Positions 1 through 12,200 of a stretch of DNA of 64,000 nt are shown one piece after another; the stretch's first letter is position 1; every line of letters starts with the position of its first letter. The translations under genes and the position numbers were made by a program. The notes under the pieces were generated by a model. It saw only the letters and a program-made list of their open reading frames with translations. It was not told where the DNA came from and made no database searches. The DNA is from Auanema rhodensis. Its lineage: Eukaryota; Animalia; Nematoda. Where the stretch lies: positions 15,500,001 to 15,564,000 of the forward strand of contig OZ059897.1 in NCBI GenBank assembly GCA_964057225.1, written 5' to 3'.

Positions 1-581
1 ATGGTATTCAGTTGAAGATAGGTCTGGAGAATATAGTCAATGCTCCAAAACATCACAACCAAATTTATCCAGCTTCTCTCTGATGGTACGGCTTACATGA
101 GCACTTATCGCAACTCTCTTGAAACAGTTGAACTATGAACACTCAACTTTTCAGCTAGAAATTGCTGAGGAACCCCACAATCCTCTCTCAATTTCTCTCT
201 AAATTACCTGCTCCCAGTTCTCTTTCTCTTTTTCTCATTTCGTCTTCTAAACTTCTTTCTCCTGTTCGAAATTTCTTAAACCATCTTGTGACTCTTGCAT
301 ATCCTACAATGAAATTATTCTCTTCATTCATTTTCTTATGCGTTTCGTAAGCTGTAAATTCTTTTTCGTAAAAAATAGCAAAACATGCCTAACGTGGAAA
401 CGCTTGTTAGATATTCTTTTTTGAAATTAATTTTAAATTATAAAAACACGCTACTTTATGCTAATTTTTTGTAATTTACGTGTAAACTATTTAAACTTTA
501 TACTTTTTTTCAATTTAAGCTAAAATTTTTTGTTTAGATGATATTAAAATATTAATTAATTTTGCCTACATACACCTAATA
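1..581 (-). mobile_element. Mariner relic, inverted copy truncated by the window edge
   Basis: Reverse complement of 5921-6501. Confidence 0.85.
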
Positions 582-792
582 TTAATAATTTAAAATTATA
601 AATGTAACAAAGACAAATATTTCATGTATATTATATTTGAATAATACTTTACTCAAATTTAAAAATAAAAAAAAAGAATTATATTTGATAAAACTGTTTA
701 TAAATTATGATATGTTTCAAAATGTATTTACATCTGAACATGTTATAATTATATAGTAAATTATACTATTTCATTATATTAGTGTCACCTCA

Positions 793-1770
793 TTATGGTG
801 TGGCCTCATAGATACTTCTGAAATAGAATATGAAATTTCAATATATTCTAATATTTCTTACTTGTTTATATATATATCGCATTCCAGCATGTTGGAAGCG
901 AATTGTTTTCTATTGGGCTTCTTCCATCCTCCGAATGGCTTGAAATCTTTGAAGTCAGCAGGAGATGCCAAATCAGCTCCATCTCCATTGTTACTTATAT
1001 ACCTTCAGAGAAAAATATTGTTTAAAGATATATGGATATTATGCTAACCAAAGATTGTCTGAAGCAAAACCAGCATAATTTCCGGTGATTTTTGTCCAAT
1101 AATTAGCACTAGTATAGAATCCAACTCTTACATTCTTGGCCTGTAAAAATACTTTGAAGTTTCGGAATCAAAAAGCATACTATACCATGGCAGCATCTCT
1201 AACATCCTTGAGAAGGTTAACATTACGCTGATAATCAGGGTACCAGTTAACCATAGGATCTACCTGTAATAATATCTTATTTAACTACATAAAAAGTAAT
1301 GTAAACCTTGATCCAGATGAATGTCAATTTGATTCCATTGGCCTTTAAGTTATTAAAGATACGATTGAACTGGGTAGTACCACTTAAACCAGTAGATATA
1401 AGAGGATACAGGTAAAACTCAGTTTCAAGTTCAGCTTAATAGTATGAATGATTGAATGAAAATGATTTTGATTATACCTTCACGGGCAGCGTGAACATTG
1501 AAAAACAACTTGACATCTATACTCTCTGTTCCATTCATGCCATTTATATCATTGACTCTAAAATGGATTTCATAAATAAAATTTAGTTTAAGATTCATAC
1601 AATGAAACAGAAGTTGAATAACTGTTATCTTGGTATCCCATACAAGAAAATACACTCCAGTTACCCCAAGGAATGAAGTCTACAGCATAAAGATATCCAG
1701 GAGGGGCAAGGCTGTACACATTAGCTAATGTTACAGTAACAGTACAGAAGAGAATAGCCAAGCGAAACAT
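793..1770 (-). CDS. Protist-type (GH25-like) nematode lysozyme, copy A (multi-exon)
   Basis: Mirror of 4732-5709. Signal peptide MFRLAILFCTVTVTLA; motifs FIWIKVD, VGFYTSANYW, PADFKDFKPFGGWKKPNRKQF. Confidence 0.9.
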
Positions 1771-2097
1771 TTCTGAAAATAAAAAATTAGTTTTGAAGGG
1801 AAAAGCTAAACGTGAAAGATGATTGCAAAATCTGAATGGAATAGCCTTCACTTGTACTGAGAGTTTATAAAGCTTTTCCTTATCATTTGATAAGTGTTTC
1901 GATAATATTGATAAAAATCATTTTTAATCATTTTCTAATAATAGTGACGACATGGTCTTATTCGAAGACTTGATAGAATAAATAAAATAATTTTTTTCTG
2001 TTTCTTCTTTTCAATTTGTAATTTTACAAAAAAAACAAAACAAATAAAATATTTGAAATAGTATTAAAAACATATATACTATACATATATAATATAT

Positions 2098-2240
2098 AAA
2101 TAGTATATATATATATATATATATAAATAGTATATATATATATATAAATAGTATATATATATATATATATAAATAGTATATATATATATATATATAAATA
2201 GTATATATATATATATATATAAATAGTATATATATATATA
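2098..2240. repeat. Compound minisatellite AAATAG(TA)n x6 (mirror at about 4264-4404)
   Basis: Six aaatag units spaced 27,21,25,25,25 nt; the same spacing is mirrored in the right arm. Confidence 0.95.
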
Positions 2241-2589
2241 TTATAATATCTTATTAATAAATTTATAATTAATATTTATATTTTATGAATAATAATTCAA
2301 ACAAAATCTCTGTGACTTCACATTTTTTAAAAATAAAATTTTATTATCATGTTCATTCAAATGTTTATTTTTAAATTTTTTAGATGTATTAACGGTTGTT
2401 CATATATTTCAAATTTGAATTATTTGAATTTGAAAAAAAGGGGCGGAGCTTACCAATTTTCACAATTTCTTCTTCTTGTATACGGTAATATTAGTTTTAC
2501 ATCTTTTGAAAGGTTGTTTAAAAAAACAGTATACTAGTTAATAATTTATTTTTTATACAAATTATTAAAAAAATTTGACTCATAATAGT

Positions 2590-3623
2590 TTAATGAAAGT
2601 TTCCACCAATAGTCAGTTCTTCATTGGTCTTTGCAATATTAAGAGTTGCAGAATCTCCTTTATAGACAATTCTAAATATTATTATAATTATATTTAACTA
2701 TATATGCATTTTTGTTATTTTAAACCTGTTGAGGTTGTGTCCACAAATTTTCTCGGCAACCGCAAAGGTCTTGACTTCTGGAGTTGTCCAATTTCCAAAG
2801 GAATTGAAATCATCGAAATTCTTTGGAGTTTCTCCCAATACTCCACTGGCAATGGTGTGAGTGTACCACAATGGAGTTTTGGAGAAGGTTGCATTATAGT
2901 TGGTGATGATATTCCAGTCGTCTGCGTTAGTCATGATTCCTACTGCGATTCCTTTAGCCTAAAAAGAAAATTAGTTTTGAAGATAGGAAGATGACCTTAC
3001 AAGAGCAGCTCTTTTGAACTCATTCACAGCGTTAACGTTTTGTACTTCAGAACTAGACCATGTTAGTTTATTGGCTACCTGTAAGACTATAGGAATATTC
3101 TCATTCTTTTGATTCTGTTCAAACCTTCAGCCACAAAAATTTGATTTTGATATTCTTAGCAGTTAACCCGGCATAAATATCTTTGAAGCTGCTAGTTGCA
3201 TTAACGAAAAATGACATATCAACATATCCTTCACACGGAATACCAGCTAAAATTATTTTAAATTTTAACATTTTCAATAAAAACAATAACCAGCTTGAGC
3301 ATTTGCGATAGAATTGGCAGACACAGGAGCGAATTGTCCAGTGAGTGGTACATTTAACCTGCAGAAATTGTAATATACTAATTGTACTTAGAAGTGACAA
3401 ACCTGATGAATCCGAGAGAATATCCGCTATTAGCTAAACATTTCATAGCCGTATCTATAAGCTCAAAACGGGTGTCAAAAGCAGTGAAATATTTCTAAAG
3501 TGAAAAAATTAGTTTTAAATATTTTTTTCAGAAACAAACAGTTGAAGCATCTTGCTCTTTAACCACAATGGGGTTGGCTAAAACAGTATAAACAGTACAG
3601 AAGAGAATAGCCAAGCGGTACAT
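2590..3623 (-). CDS. Protist-type lysozyme B, in the palindrome spacer
   Basis: Splices in frame: MYRLAILFCTVYTVLA...SGYSLGFIR...KFLWLKVA...VGIMTNADDWNIIT...PLWYTH...GETPKNFDDFNSFGNWTTPEVKTF...IGGNFH*. Confidence 0.9.
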
Positions 3624-4607
3624 TTCTGAAAATAAAAAATTAGTTTTGAAGGGAAAAGCTAAACGTGAAAGATGATTGCAAAATTTAAATGGAATAGCCT
3701 TCACTTGTACTGAGAGTTTATAAAGCTTTTCCTTATCATTTGATAAGTATTTCGATAATATTGATAAAAATTTTAATCTTTTTACATTTTTTCTTCACGA
3801 ATGACGATATATTTGAACTTTGATTTAGTTTTAAGTTGGAAAATGACAAATTTCATAGTTTTTATCTTCAAAATAGATGTGCTGATACTAGATGCATTGT
3901 TATTCGTATTATCTGTTCCAAACTGTTATCTTTACAGATTTTAGAGATTTTTACATGTATTATTGGATTATAAATCTAGAAAACAGGGTGTGGTCCATGT
4001 TTCCAAGAAGCTCGTATTACCGTATACAAGAAGAAGAAATTGTGAAAATTGGTAAGCTCCGCCCCTTTTTTCAAATTCAAATAATTCAAATTTGAAATAT
4101 ATGAACAACCGTTAATACATCTAAAAAATTTAAAAATAAACATTTGAATGAACATGATAATAAAATTTTATTTTTAAAAAATGTGAAGTCACAGAGATTT
4201 TGTTTGAATTATTATTCATAAAATATAAATATTAATTATAAATTTATTAATAAGATATTATAATATATATATATACTATTTATATATATATATATATATA
4301 CTATTTATATATATATATATATATACTATTTATATATATATATATATATACTATTTATATATATATATATACTATTTATATATATATATATATATATACT
4401 ATTTATATATTATATATGTATAGTATATATGTTTTTAATACTATTTCAAATATTTTATTTGTTTTGTTTTTTTTGTAAAATTACAAATTGAAAAGAAGAA
4501 ACAGAAAAAAATTATTTTATTTATTCTATCAAGTCTTCGAATAAGACCATGTCGTCACTATTATTAGAAAATGATTAAAAATGATTTTTATCAATATTAT
4601 CGAAACA

Positions 4608-4638
4608 CTTATCAAATGATAAGGAAAAGCTTTATAAA
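4608..4638 (+). promoter_or_regulatory. Lysozyme proximal promoter: paired GATA sites and TATA box (copies upstream of lysozymes A and B)
   Basis: cttatca aa tgataa ggaaaagc tttataaa lies about 100 nt upstream of the ATG. TGATAA is the nematode intestinal GATA-factor (ELT-2) core. Confidence 0.6.
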
Positions 4639-4731
4639 CTCTCAGTACAAGTGAAGGCTATTCCATTCAGATTTTGCAATCATCTTTCACGTTTAGCTTT
4701 TCCCTTCAAAACTAATTTTTTATTTTCAGAA

Positions 4732-5709
4732 ATGTTTCGCTTGGCTATTCTCTTCTGTACTGTTACTGTAACATTAGCTAATGTGTACAGCCTTGCCCCT
4801 CCTGGATATCTTTATGCTGTAGACTTCATTCCTTGGGGTAACTGGAGTGTATTTTCTTGTATGGGATACCAAGATAACAGTTATTCAACTTCTGTTTCAT
4901 TGTATGAATCTTAAACTAAATTTTATTTATGAAATCCATTTTAGAGTCAATGATATAAATGGCATGAATGGAACAGAGAGTATAGATGTCAAGTTGTTTT
5001 TCAATGTTCACGCTGCCCGTGAAGGTATAATCAAAATCATTTTCATTCAATCATTCATACTATTAAGCTGAACTTGAAACTGAGTTTTACCTGTATCCTC
5101 TTATATCTACTGGTTTAAGTGGTACTACCCAGTTCAATCGTATCTTTAATAACTTAAAGGCCAATGGAATCAAATTGACATTCATCTGGATCAAGGTTTA
5201 CATTACTTTTTATGTAGTTAAATAAGATATTATTACAGGTAGATCCTATGGTTAACTGGTACCCTGATTATCAGCGTAATGTTAACCTTCTCAAGGATGT
5301 TAGAGATGCTGCCATGGTATAGTATGCTTTTTGATTCCGAAACTTCAAAGTATTTTTACAGGCCAAGAATGTAAGAGTTGGATTCTATACTAGTGCTAAT
5401 TATTGGACAAAAATCACCGGAAATTATGCTGGTTTTGCTTCAGACAATCTTTGGTTAGCATAATATCCATATATCTTTAAACAATATTTTTCTCTGAAGG
5501 TATATAAGTAACAATGGAGATGGAGCTGATTTGGCATCTCCTGCTGACTTCAAAGATTTCAAGCCATTCGGAGGATGGAAGAAGCCCAATAGAAAACAAT
5601 TCGCTTCCAACATGCTGGAATGCGATATATATATAAACAAGTAAGAAATATTAGAATATATTGAAATTTCATATTCTATTTCAGAAGTATCTATGAGGCC
5701 ACACCATAA
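4732..5709 (+). CDS. Protist-type lysozyme, copy A' (identical to A)
   Basis: ATG follows ttttcag. Seven exons splice in frame to ...ECDIYINKSIYEATP*; FGGW..P..KQF motif of the C. elegans lys family. Confidence 0.9.
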
Positions 5710-5920
5710 TGAGGTGACACTAATATAATGAAATAGTATAATTTACTATATAATTATAACATGTTCAGATGTAAATACATTTTGAAACATATCATAATTT
5801 ATAAACAGTTTTATCAAATATAATTCTTTTTTTTTATTTTTAAATTTGAGTAAAGTATTATTCAAATATAATATACATGAAATATTTGTCTTTGTTACAT
5901 TTATAATTTTAAATTATTAA

Positions 5921-6666
5921 TATTAGGTGTATGTAGGCAAAATTAATTAATATTTTAATATCATCTAAACAAAAAATTTTAGCTTAAATTGAAAAAAAGT
6001 ATAAAGTTTAAATAGTTTACACGTAAATTACAAAAAATTAGCATAAAGTAGCGTGTTTTTATAATTTAAAATTAATTTCAAAAAAGAATATCTAACAAGC
6101 GTTTCCACGTTAGGCATGTTTTGCTATTTTTTACGAAAAAGAATTTACAGCTTACGAAACGCATAAGAAAATGAATGAAGAGAATAATTTCATTGTAGGA
6201 TATGCAAGAGTCACAAGATGGTTTAAGAAATTTCGAACAGGAGAAAGAAGTTTAGAAGACGAAATGAGAAAAAGAGAAAGAGAACTGGGAGCAGGTAATT
6301 TAGAGAGAAATTGAGAGAGGATTGTGGGGTTCCTCAGCAATTTCTAGCTGAAAAGTTGAGTGTTCATAGTTCAACTGTTTCAAGAGAGTTGCGATAAGTG
6401 CTCATGTAAGCCGTACCATCAGAGAGAAGCTGGATAAATTTGGTTGTGATGTTTTGGAGCATTGACTATATTCTCCAGACCTATCTTCAACTGAATACCA
6501 TGTATTCAGGCCTTTGGAACACTCTTTGAAGAATAAAGAGTTTGAGAGTAAGCAAGAAATAGAAAATTTATTGCAAAATCTCTTGAATTAAAATATTTTC
6601 AATAAAAAACCTTTTTTTATATTCAATTTAAAAAAAAAAACAAGTTTTACCTGTACACATATAATA
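5921..6666 (+). mobile_element. Internally deleted, decayed mariner (Tc1/mariner) element
   Basis: Transposase fragments VTRWFKKFRTGERSLEDE, LAEKLSVHSSTVSREL (HTH) and HVSRTIREKLDKFGCDVLEH*LYSPDLSSTEYHVFRPL (YSPDL motif), with stops and a frameshift. Degenerate TIRs at 5921-5944 and 6643-6666 match 17/24 ungapped, both with terminal TA. Confidence 0.88.
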
Positions 6667-6813
6667 TAAATAAAATGTTATAATCTAGAATTTTCAAACA
6701 AAAATGAAATTTAAAATCAAATATCTATACAGTAATACTCCACACAAACCCACAAGTTTTTTTTTCATTTATATAGTTAATATATTTATAATATTATATT
6801 TTTACTTTTAAAT

Positions 6814-6993
6814 ATAATTTATTTTTTATACAAATTATTAAAAAAATTTGACTCATAATAGTTTAATGAAAGTTTCCACCAATAGTCAGTTCTTCATTGG
6901 TCTTTGCAATATTAAGAGTTGCAGAATCTCCTTTATAGACAATTCTAAATATTATTATAATTATATTTAACTATATATGCATTTTTGTTATTT
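6814..6993 (-). pseudogene. Orphan 180-bp copy of lysozyme B last intron (part), last exon and 3' flank
   Basis: Identical direct repeat of 2541-2720; it lacks the splice donor and all upstream exons. Confidence 0.9.
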
Positions 6994-7130
6994 CAAAATC
7001 AAAGTATTGTAATATTATTAATTATAAATTTATAATAAATATTTATTTTATTTTTCGTAAAATAATTATAGTGATCAAAAGTGATCTTCATCAATATACG
7101 TTCAATTCTATTTAATTAATATTATCAAAT

Positions 7131-8245
7131 TTATTTGAACATGATTCCTCCGACAACAGGTCCTTCAGACTTCATGGCATTAGCAGCAACAAGTGTTCCG
7201 TTAGACGGATATACGTTTCTAAAAAAATATTTTCAAGAAATATTTAAACGAAAATTTCAATTTGTTCTCAATGTTATAATAAAAACAAATATTCTACCTG
7301 TTGATATTTTGGTTACAAACTATTTCAGATTGAGCGAATTGCTTAACAACTGGACTGTACCATCCTCCAAATGGATAGTAATCCGAGAAGTCAGGGCTAG
7401 TCTCTCCACGATTACCAGCTCCATTTATCTTCCAATACCTACAATATTTTAAATTAGAATATAATGAATTGAAGGTTTATAATCACTTACCAAAGGCTAT
7501 CTCCGACGTTAGAATATCCAACATAGTTGTTGGTGATTTGAGCCCAATCATATAAGCTAGTATAAATTCCAATTAGAACTCCTTTAGCCTATAGTATAAA
7601 ACGGATGTTAAAAAATAAAAAAAATGTAAATGTTACCTTAGCAGCAGACTTAATGCTATCAATAATTTGAATATTTCTTTTAGCATCATTATGCCAGGTA
7701 ATTGGATTTGTAACCTATATATTATAAATAAAATTATATTTTGATTAATATATAAATTAAAAACAAACCTGGACCCAGATGTAACGAACAGTAATTCCTG
7801 CTTTCACCAACCCATTGTATAATTCATTGAATTGGGAAATACCGCCCTTAGTTGAACTCATGCTTGGAACTAAATAAACTTCACTTCCGAGACCAACTTA
7901 AATTTTAAATTGCATTAGAATCATTAATATTTCAAGAGTTCTTACTGTTAAAAGCATTGCGAATACTAAGAGCTGCATAAGGGTCGAATGATCCACCTTT
8001 ATCTGAAGTATATCCTCTAATGAATACTGCAGAATATCCACTATTGTACATGCACGAGAATGTGGAATAGTTTCCAGGTCCAGTAAAATCAAAAGCAAGT
8101 TTATAGCCCTGAAGATTCAAAAAAAAATAAAAATTCGTGAAAGTATATAGAATATTCTGCTTACGTTATTGAGGGCGTTGTCAACGACAACAGGTCCTGC
8201 AAGAGCACAAGCTACGAGACAAGCAATGATAGTTAAGCTGTTCAT
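7131..8245 (-). CDS. Protist-type lysozyme C (lys-1/7/8-like subclass)
   Basis: MNSLTIIACLVACALA signal; GYSAVFIRGY, RYIWVQVTNPITW, IGIYTSLYDWAQIT; ends GPVVGGIMFK*. Confidence 0.92.
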
Positions 8246-9296
8246 GCCTTAATCAGATTGAATGATGCATTTAAAATTAAAATACAAATCATATAAATTT
8301 AAATATAATAAATTTAAATAATTATAGCACTAGAACATCAGAGCTTCTGAGCAAGTGCTTCACGTTGGGCTCATGGGCATATAAAGGCTGTTCTTATCAA
8401 TTTTCTTTATTTTCTAAAAAGAAGATAATGATCTCATTTGAAGATTAAAATAAAAATTAATGAATCATAATGTGGACTTTAATACTTTTAATATAGATTA
8501 TTGATGATGTTAATACATGTATATGACATATTAAATGATAAATAAAATAATTTATATTGTATAATTATATAAAAATATTAATAATAATTCAAAACATTTG
8601 TTTATTTTAATTTTTAATATATAATTTATTAGAATTATTTTGCTTCTTTTATCTTATTTTTCATACAAACATATGAGCAATTGTATTCTATTGGTTATTC
8701 TATTATATATTATATTATACTTATATATATATATACATATATCAGTATTTTATAAATTGTACCGGAAATAATTTTTTTATTTGAAATGGATTGCGTAATC
8801 TTAGTTTATACTACTTTAACTTTTTCTTTTTCTTAAACGGTTGACTAATTAATGATAATAGATATAATATGAGTAGATCAGAAGTAATTGAAAAACATAA
8901 AATTAATATTTTTAATCTTATAGCATCATAGATAAGAATAGAAAATTGATAAAATAATTTAGAAGTTCATAAATTCGTTTAATGAAATCATATTTATTCA
9001 AAATCTACCATATTTCCCATTGAAAATTTATAATTTCTATTTTATAAACAATCTATTCTGTGAAAAATAATAGTATTTTAAATAAATTTATTATTTTGTT
9101 TAAAAAAATTATATGATGATAGGAATATTTATTATTTATTGTTCATATGTACAAATATATTATAAATGTAATAAGTATTAATAATTAAGTTTAAAACAAT
9201 TAAAAAGATATGAAAATCAAAACATTTTGATTTACAAAATGGTTATTGTAATGCTGAAGTTCATATCTTTCAGTAATTATTGCTATGGCTAGATGT

Positions 9297-12200
9297 TCAA
9301 CGTCTTCTTCTACGACAACATTGATTATTTCCGCAGGTAAAGAAGTTTTCGGGGCAGTTACAGTTGCCATTAGAAGCGGTACAAATTTCAACCTAAAACT
9401 TAATTTGACAAACATATTCTGAATATCAACGAACCTGAAGAGGGCAGTTAGCTTCACAAGCCTTTTGGCAGACTGGCATACATTGTGGCTCGTTGGTTTG
9501 TTGTACACATTGTTCTGTACATTGAGTTGCACAAGCTGGAGCGCATGTTACCGTCTCCTACAAAGAATTTAAGAATATAAGTTTAAATATATTAAATTTT
9601 CTAACCTGCATAGGTTCTTGCAAAACGATCTCTAGTTTAATTGGCTGATTTGATGCACAGGTTGGACATACAGGTGATTCACATGTTGATACGCATGACT
9701 CTTCGCAAGCAATCTGTAAAAATATATTTATAAATAATAAGATATTATTTTATTTATAATTACTTGGCATTTATCTTGGGGCTGACTTTGTTGAACACAC
9801 GATTGTTCGCAAGATTGTTCGCAAGCTGGCATACATTTCTGATCAACCTTAAAAGCAAACACGTAAGAACTTGTTCACCAGTGGTTTTCTTATAAACTGA
9901 CGTGTGGTACAACAATTTCAAATTGATAATCCTGAGTACATTGGGGTTCGCAAGCAGGTTGACAAGCAGCTGCACATGTTTGAGCACCAGGGTTGTAGGA
10001 CTGTTGGTTTATAGGAACTGTCAGCTGAAATGGTCAAATGAGAACACCACCAAGATTCTCCTTGTTTGGCCGAAATGATCACTCAATACTAGCAAACAGT
10101 CTTTGTGGGGGTATAGCTCAGTGGTAGAGCATTCGACTGCAGATCGAGAGGTCCGTGGTTCAACTCCGCGTGCCCCCTAATTTCTTTTGTTTTTGTTGTT
10201 TTTGTTTGCAAAAGAAATGATATGAAGTACTTAAGGCATTTTGTTCTATAAAAGGTACTGAACTCACTTCAACTGTGTACTGTTGAATACATGAAGGCTC
10301 ACAGGCTGGTTGACAATTGGGGATGCATTGATTTTGTATAGTAGGAGCATTTACCGGTAGAGAAACCGAAAATGAATTCTGAATATAAAATATAATTTTT
10401 TTTTCTTCTCGAATATACATACAGTGTATTGCTCAGTGCATTTAGGCTCACATGCAGGTTGACAAGCAGGTTGACATTGATTTGATTGAATCGGAACTTG
10501 AACAGGGTATTGAGGCTGCTGTTGGACACATTGAGCTTCGCAAGCAGGCTGACATGCTGCAGGACAATGCTGGACGGTTATCTGAAAAAAGTAAATAAAC
10601 TTCATAGATAGCGGTGAGCGGAAAAGACACTCTATTGAAAATTTCTCGCATCACACAATATGATTCATCGCGAAATTGGACACTAAATGAAGTAATACCT
10701 GATAGCTTGTATGTTTCTCTATGCATTGAGGTAGGCACGTTGGTTGACACACTGGAATACAGGCAGGCTCCTTTGGTGGAGCTGGGTGATATGATTGGAC
10801 GCAAGAAGGCTGACAAGCTGGTTGACATTGTGGAACACATTGAATTTGAGGCGGGGCAGTTGTAGATGTGGTTGTTGGTTGCTCCCTCATCAATGCAAGT
10901 TGAAGGCATATTGTAGTACAAGATGGCATACATTGTGGTATACATTGCGGTTGTTGCTGAGGTTGAGAGGCAGGAACTTGAACTGTGAATGTCCGAGTTG
11001 TTTGAATTTCAATGCATTGAGGCAAACAAGCTGGTTGACAGGCTGGAATACATTGAGGAACAACGGGGGCAATGGTTGTTGTAGTGGTTGGGACGTCCAC
11101 GTACGTGATTTGAATATTGAGATTACTCGCTTGAATACATTTAAAATCACAAGCTGGTTGACACTGTGGAATACATTGAACAATTGGAGCTGGAGTTGTT
11201 GTTGTTGTTGTTGTCGTTGGAGGCTGAATACACTGTGGAAGACACAATGGCATACAGGCAGCTACGCAAATTATTGGAGCTCTGGTGGTAGTTGTGGTCG
11301 TTGGCTGAATGCATTGAGGTTCACATGCAGGCATACAAGCTGGAAGACATTGCTTGGCAGGTTGTTGATTTGGTAAAAATGGTTGAACACTGATAAGATA
11401 TTGTTGAATGCAAGATGTTGTACACTCTGGCTGACAAGCTGGTACACATTGTTGCTGTTGTTGCTGTTCTTGGATTTGGAATTTAATTTGCAGTTGAATA
11501 CAAGCTGGAGTACACTGTGGTTGACAGGCTGGAACACACAGAAGTGGAATTGGCGTAGTTGTTGTAGTCGTCGTAGGCTGGGTACATTGTGGAAGACACA
11601 ATGGCATACAGGCTGAAACACAAACTCGGACTGGTGCTGGGGCTCTCGTCGTTTGAACAGCTTGAACACAGATAGGTTCACAAGTAGGCATACAAGCTGG
11701 AAGGCATTGTTTCTGCACAACCTGAAATAAAAAAGTATAAACGAAGAAAATAAAGAAAGTATACTTACAGTTTTCTGAATTGCTGCTTGGCTACTAACGA
11801 TGCAACTTGGCTCACAACGCTCACGGCATTGTGTGACACAGATTGTAGGATTAAGCTGGACAGAACAGGATTTCTGACATTTATCTTTGCAAACAACTCC
11901 ACATTTAGCTGGATCGGATTGTTGTTCGACGTAAACTCGTACAGGTTGAGTATTTGAGTTTGATGAAGAGATCATGCTAGGGCGCTGGCTGCACGTTTGA
12001 CGACACGTGAACTTGCAAGTAGATTGACAAGCTGTACTTGGTTGGCTTGCCTGAACACAAGATTGAACACACGTTTTCTGACATGAAGGCTGGCACACAA
12101 TGGCTTGAGCTTGGCTAGCACAACTGCAAGATGAAGCTGGTGATGCACCGGCTGAACATTGGCACTGCTGGCTACCGGCTACAACTTGGCAGAAGCATTT

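Larger units (their letters stand above)
1..2490. repeat. Left arm of long inverted repeat (partner 4015-6501); may extend left of the window
   Basis: Base 1 (atggtattcag) is the reverse complement of 6491-6501. Mirror ORF pairs sum to 6502 (162..350/6152..6340, 1588..1851/4651..4914). The match ends at tacggtaata(2490)/tattaccgta(4015). Confidence 0.97.
4015..6501. repeat. Right arm of long inverted repeat (partner 1-2490)
   Basis: Reverse complement of 1-2490. The only differences found in spot checks are a 2-nt TA-repeat length change and a 1-nt homopolymer change. Confidence 0.97.

Noticed and set aside
2098-2240. Regularly spaced repeats superficially like a CRISPR array
   Set aside because: The spacers are only TA runs, the context is eukaryotic, and there are no cas genes.
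1-6501. Palindrome as a single foldback or giant-TIR transposon
   Set aside because: The arms are mostly host lysozyme gene and intergenic DNA; the mariner has its own short TIRs and is only a passenger.
10448-11616. Long overlapping antisense and alternative-frame ORFs (10795..11376 +, 10448..10945 -, and others)
   Set aside because: Shadows of the repetitive Cys/Gln/Pro codons of the real minus-strand gene.
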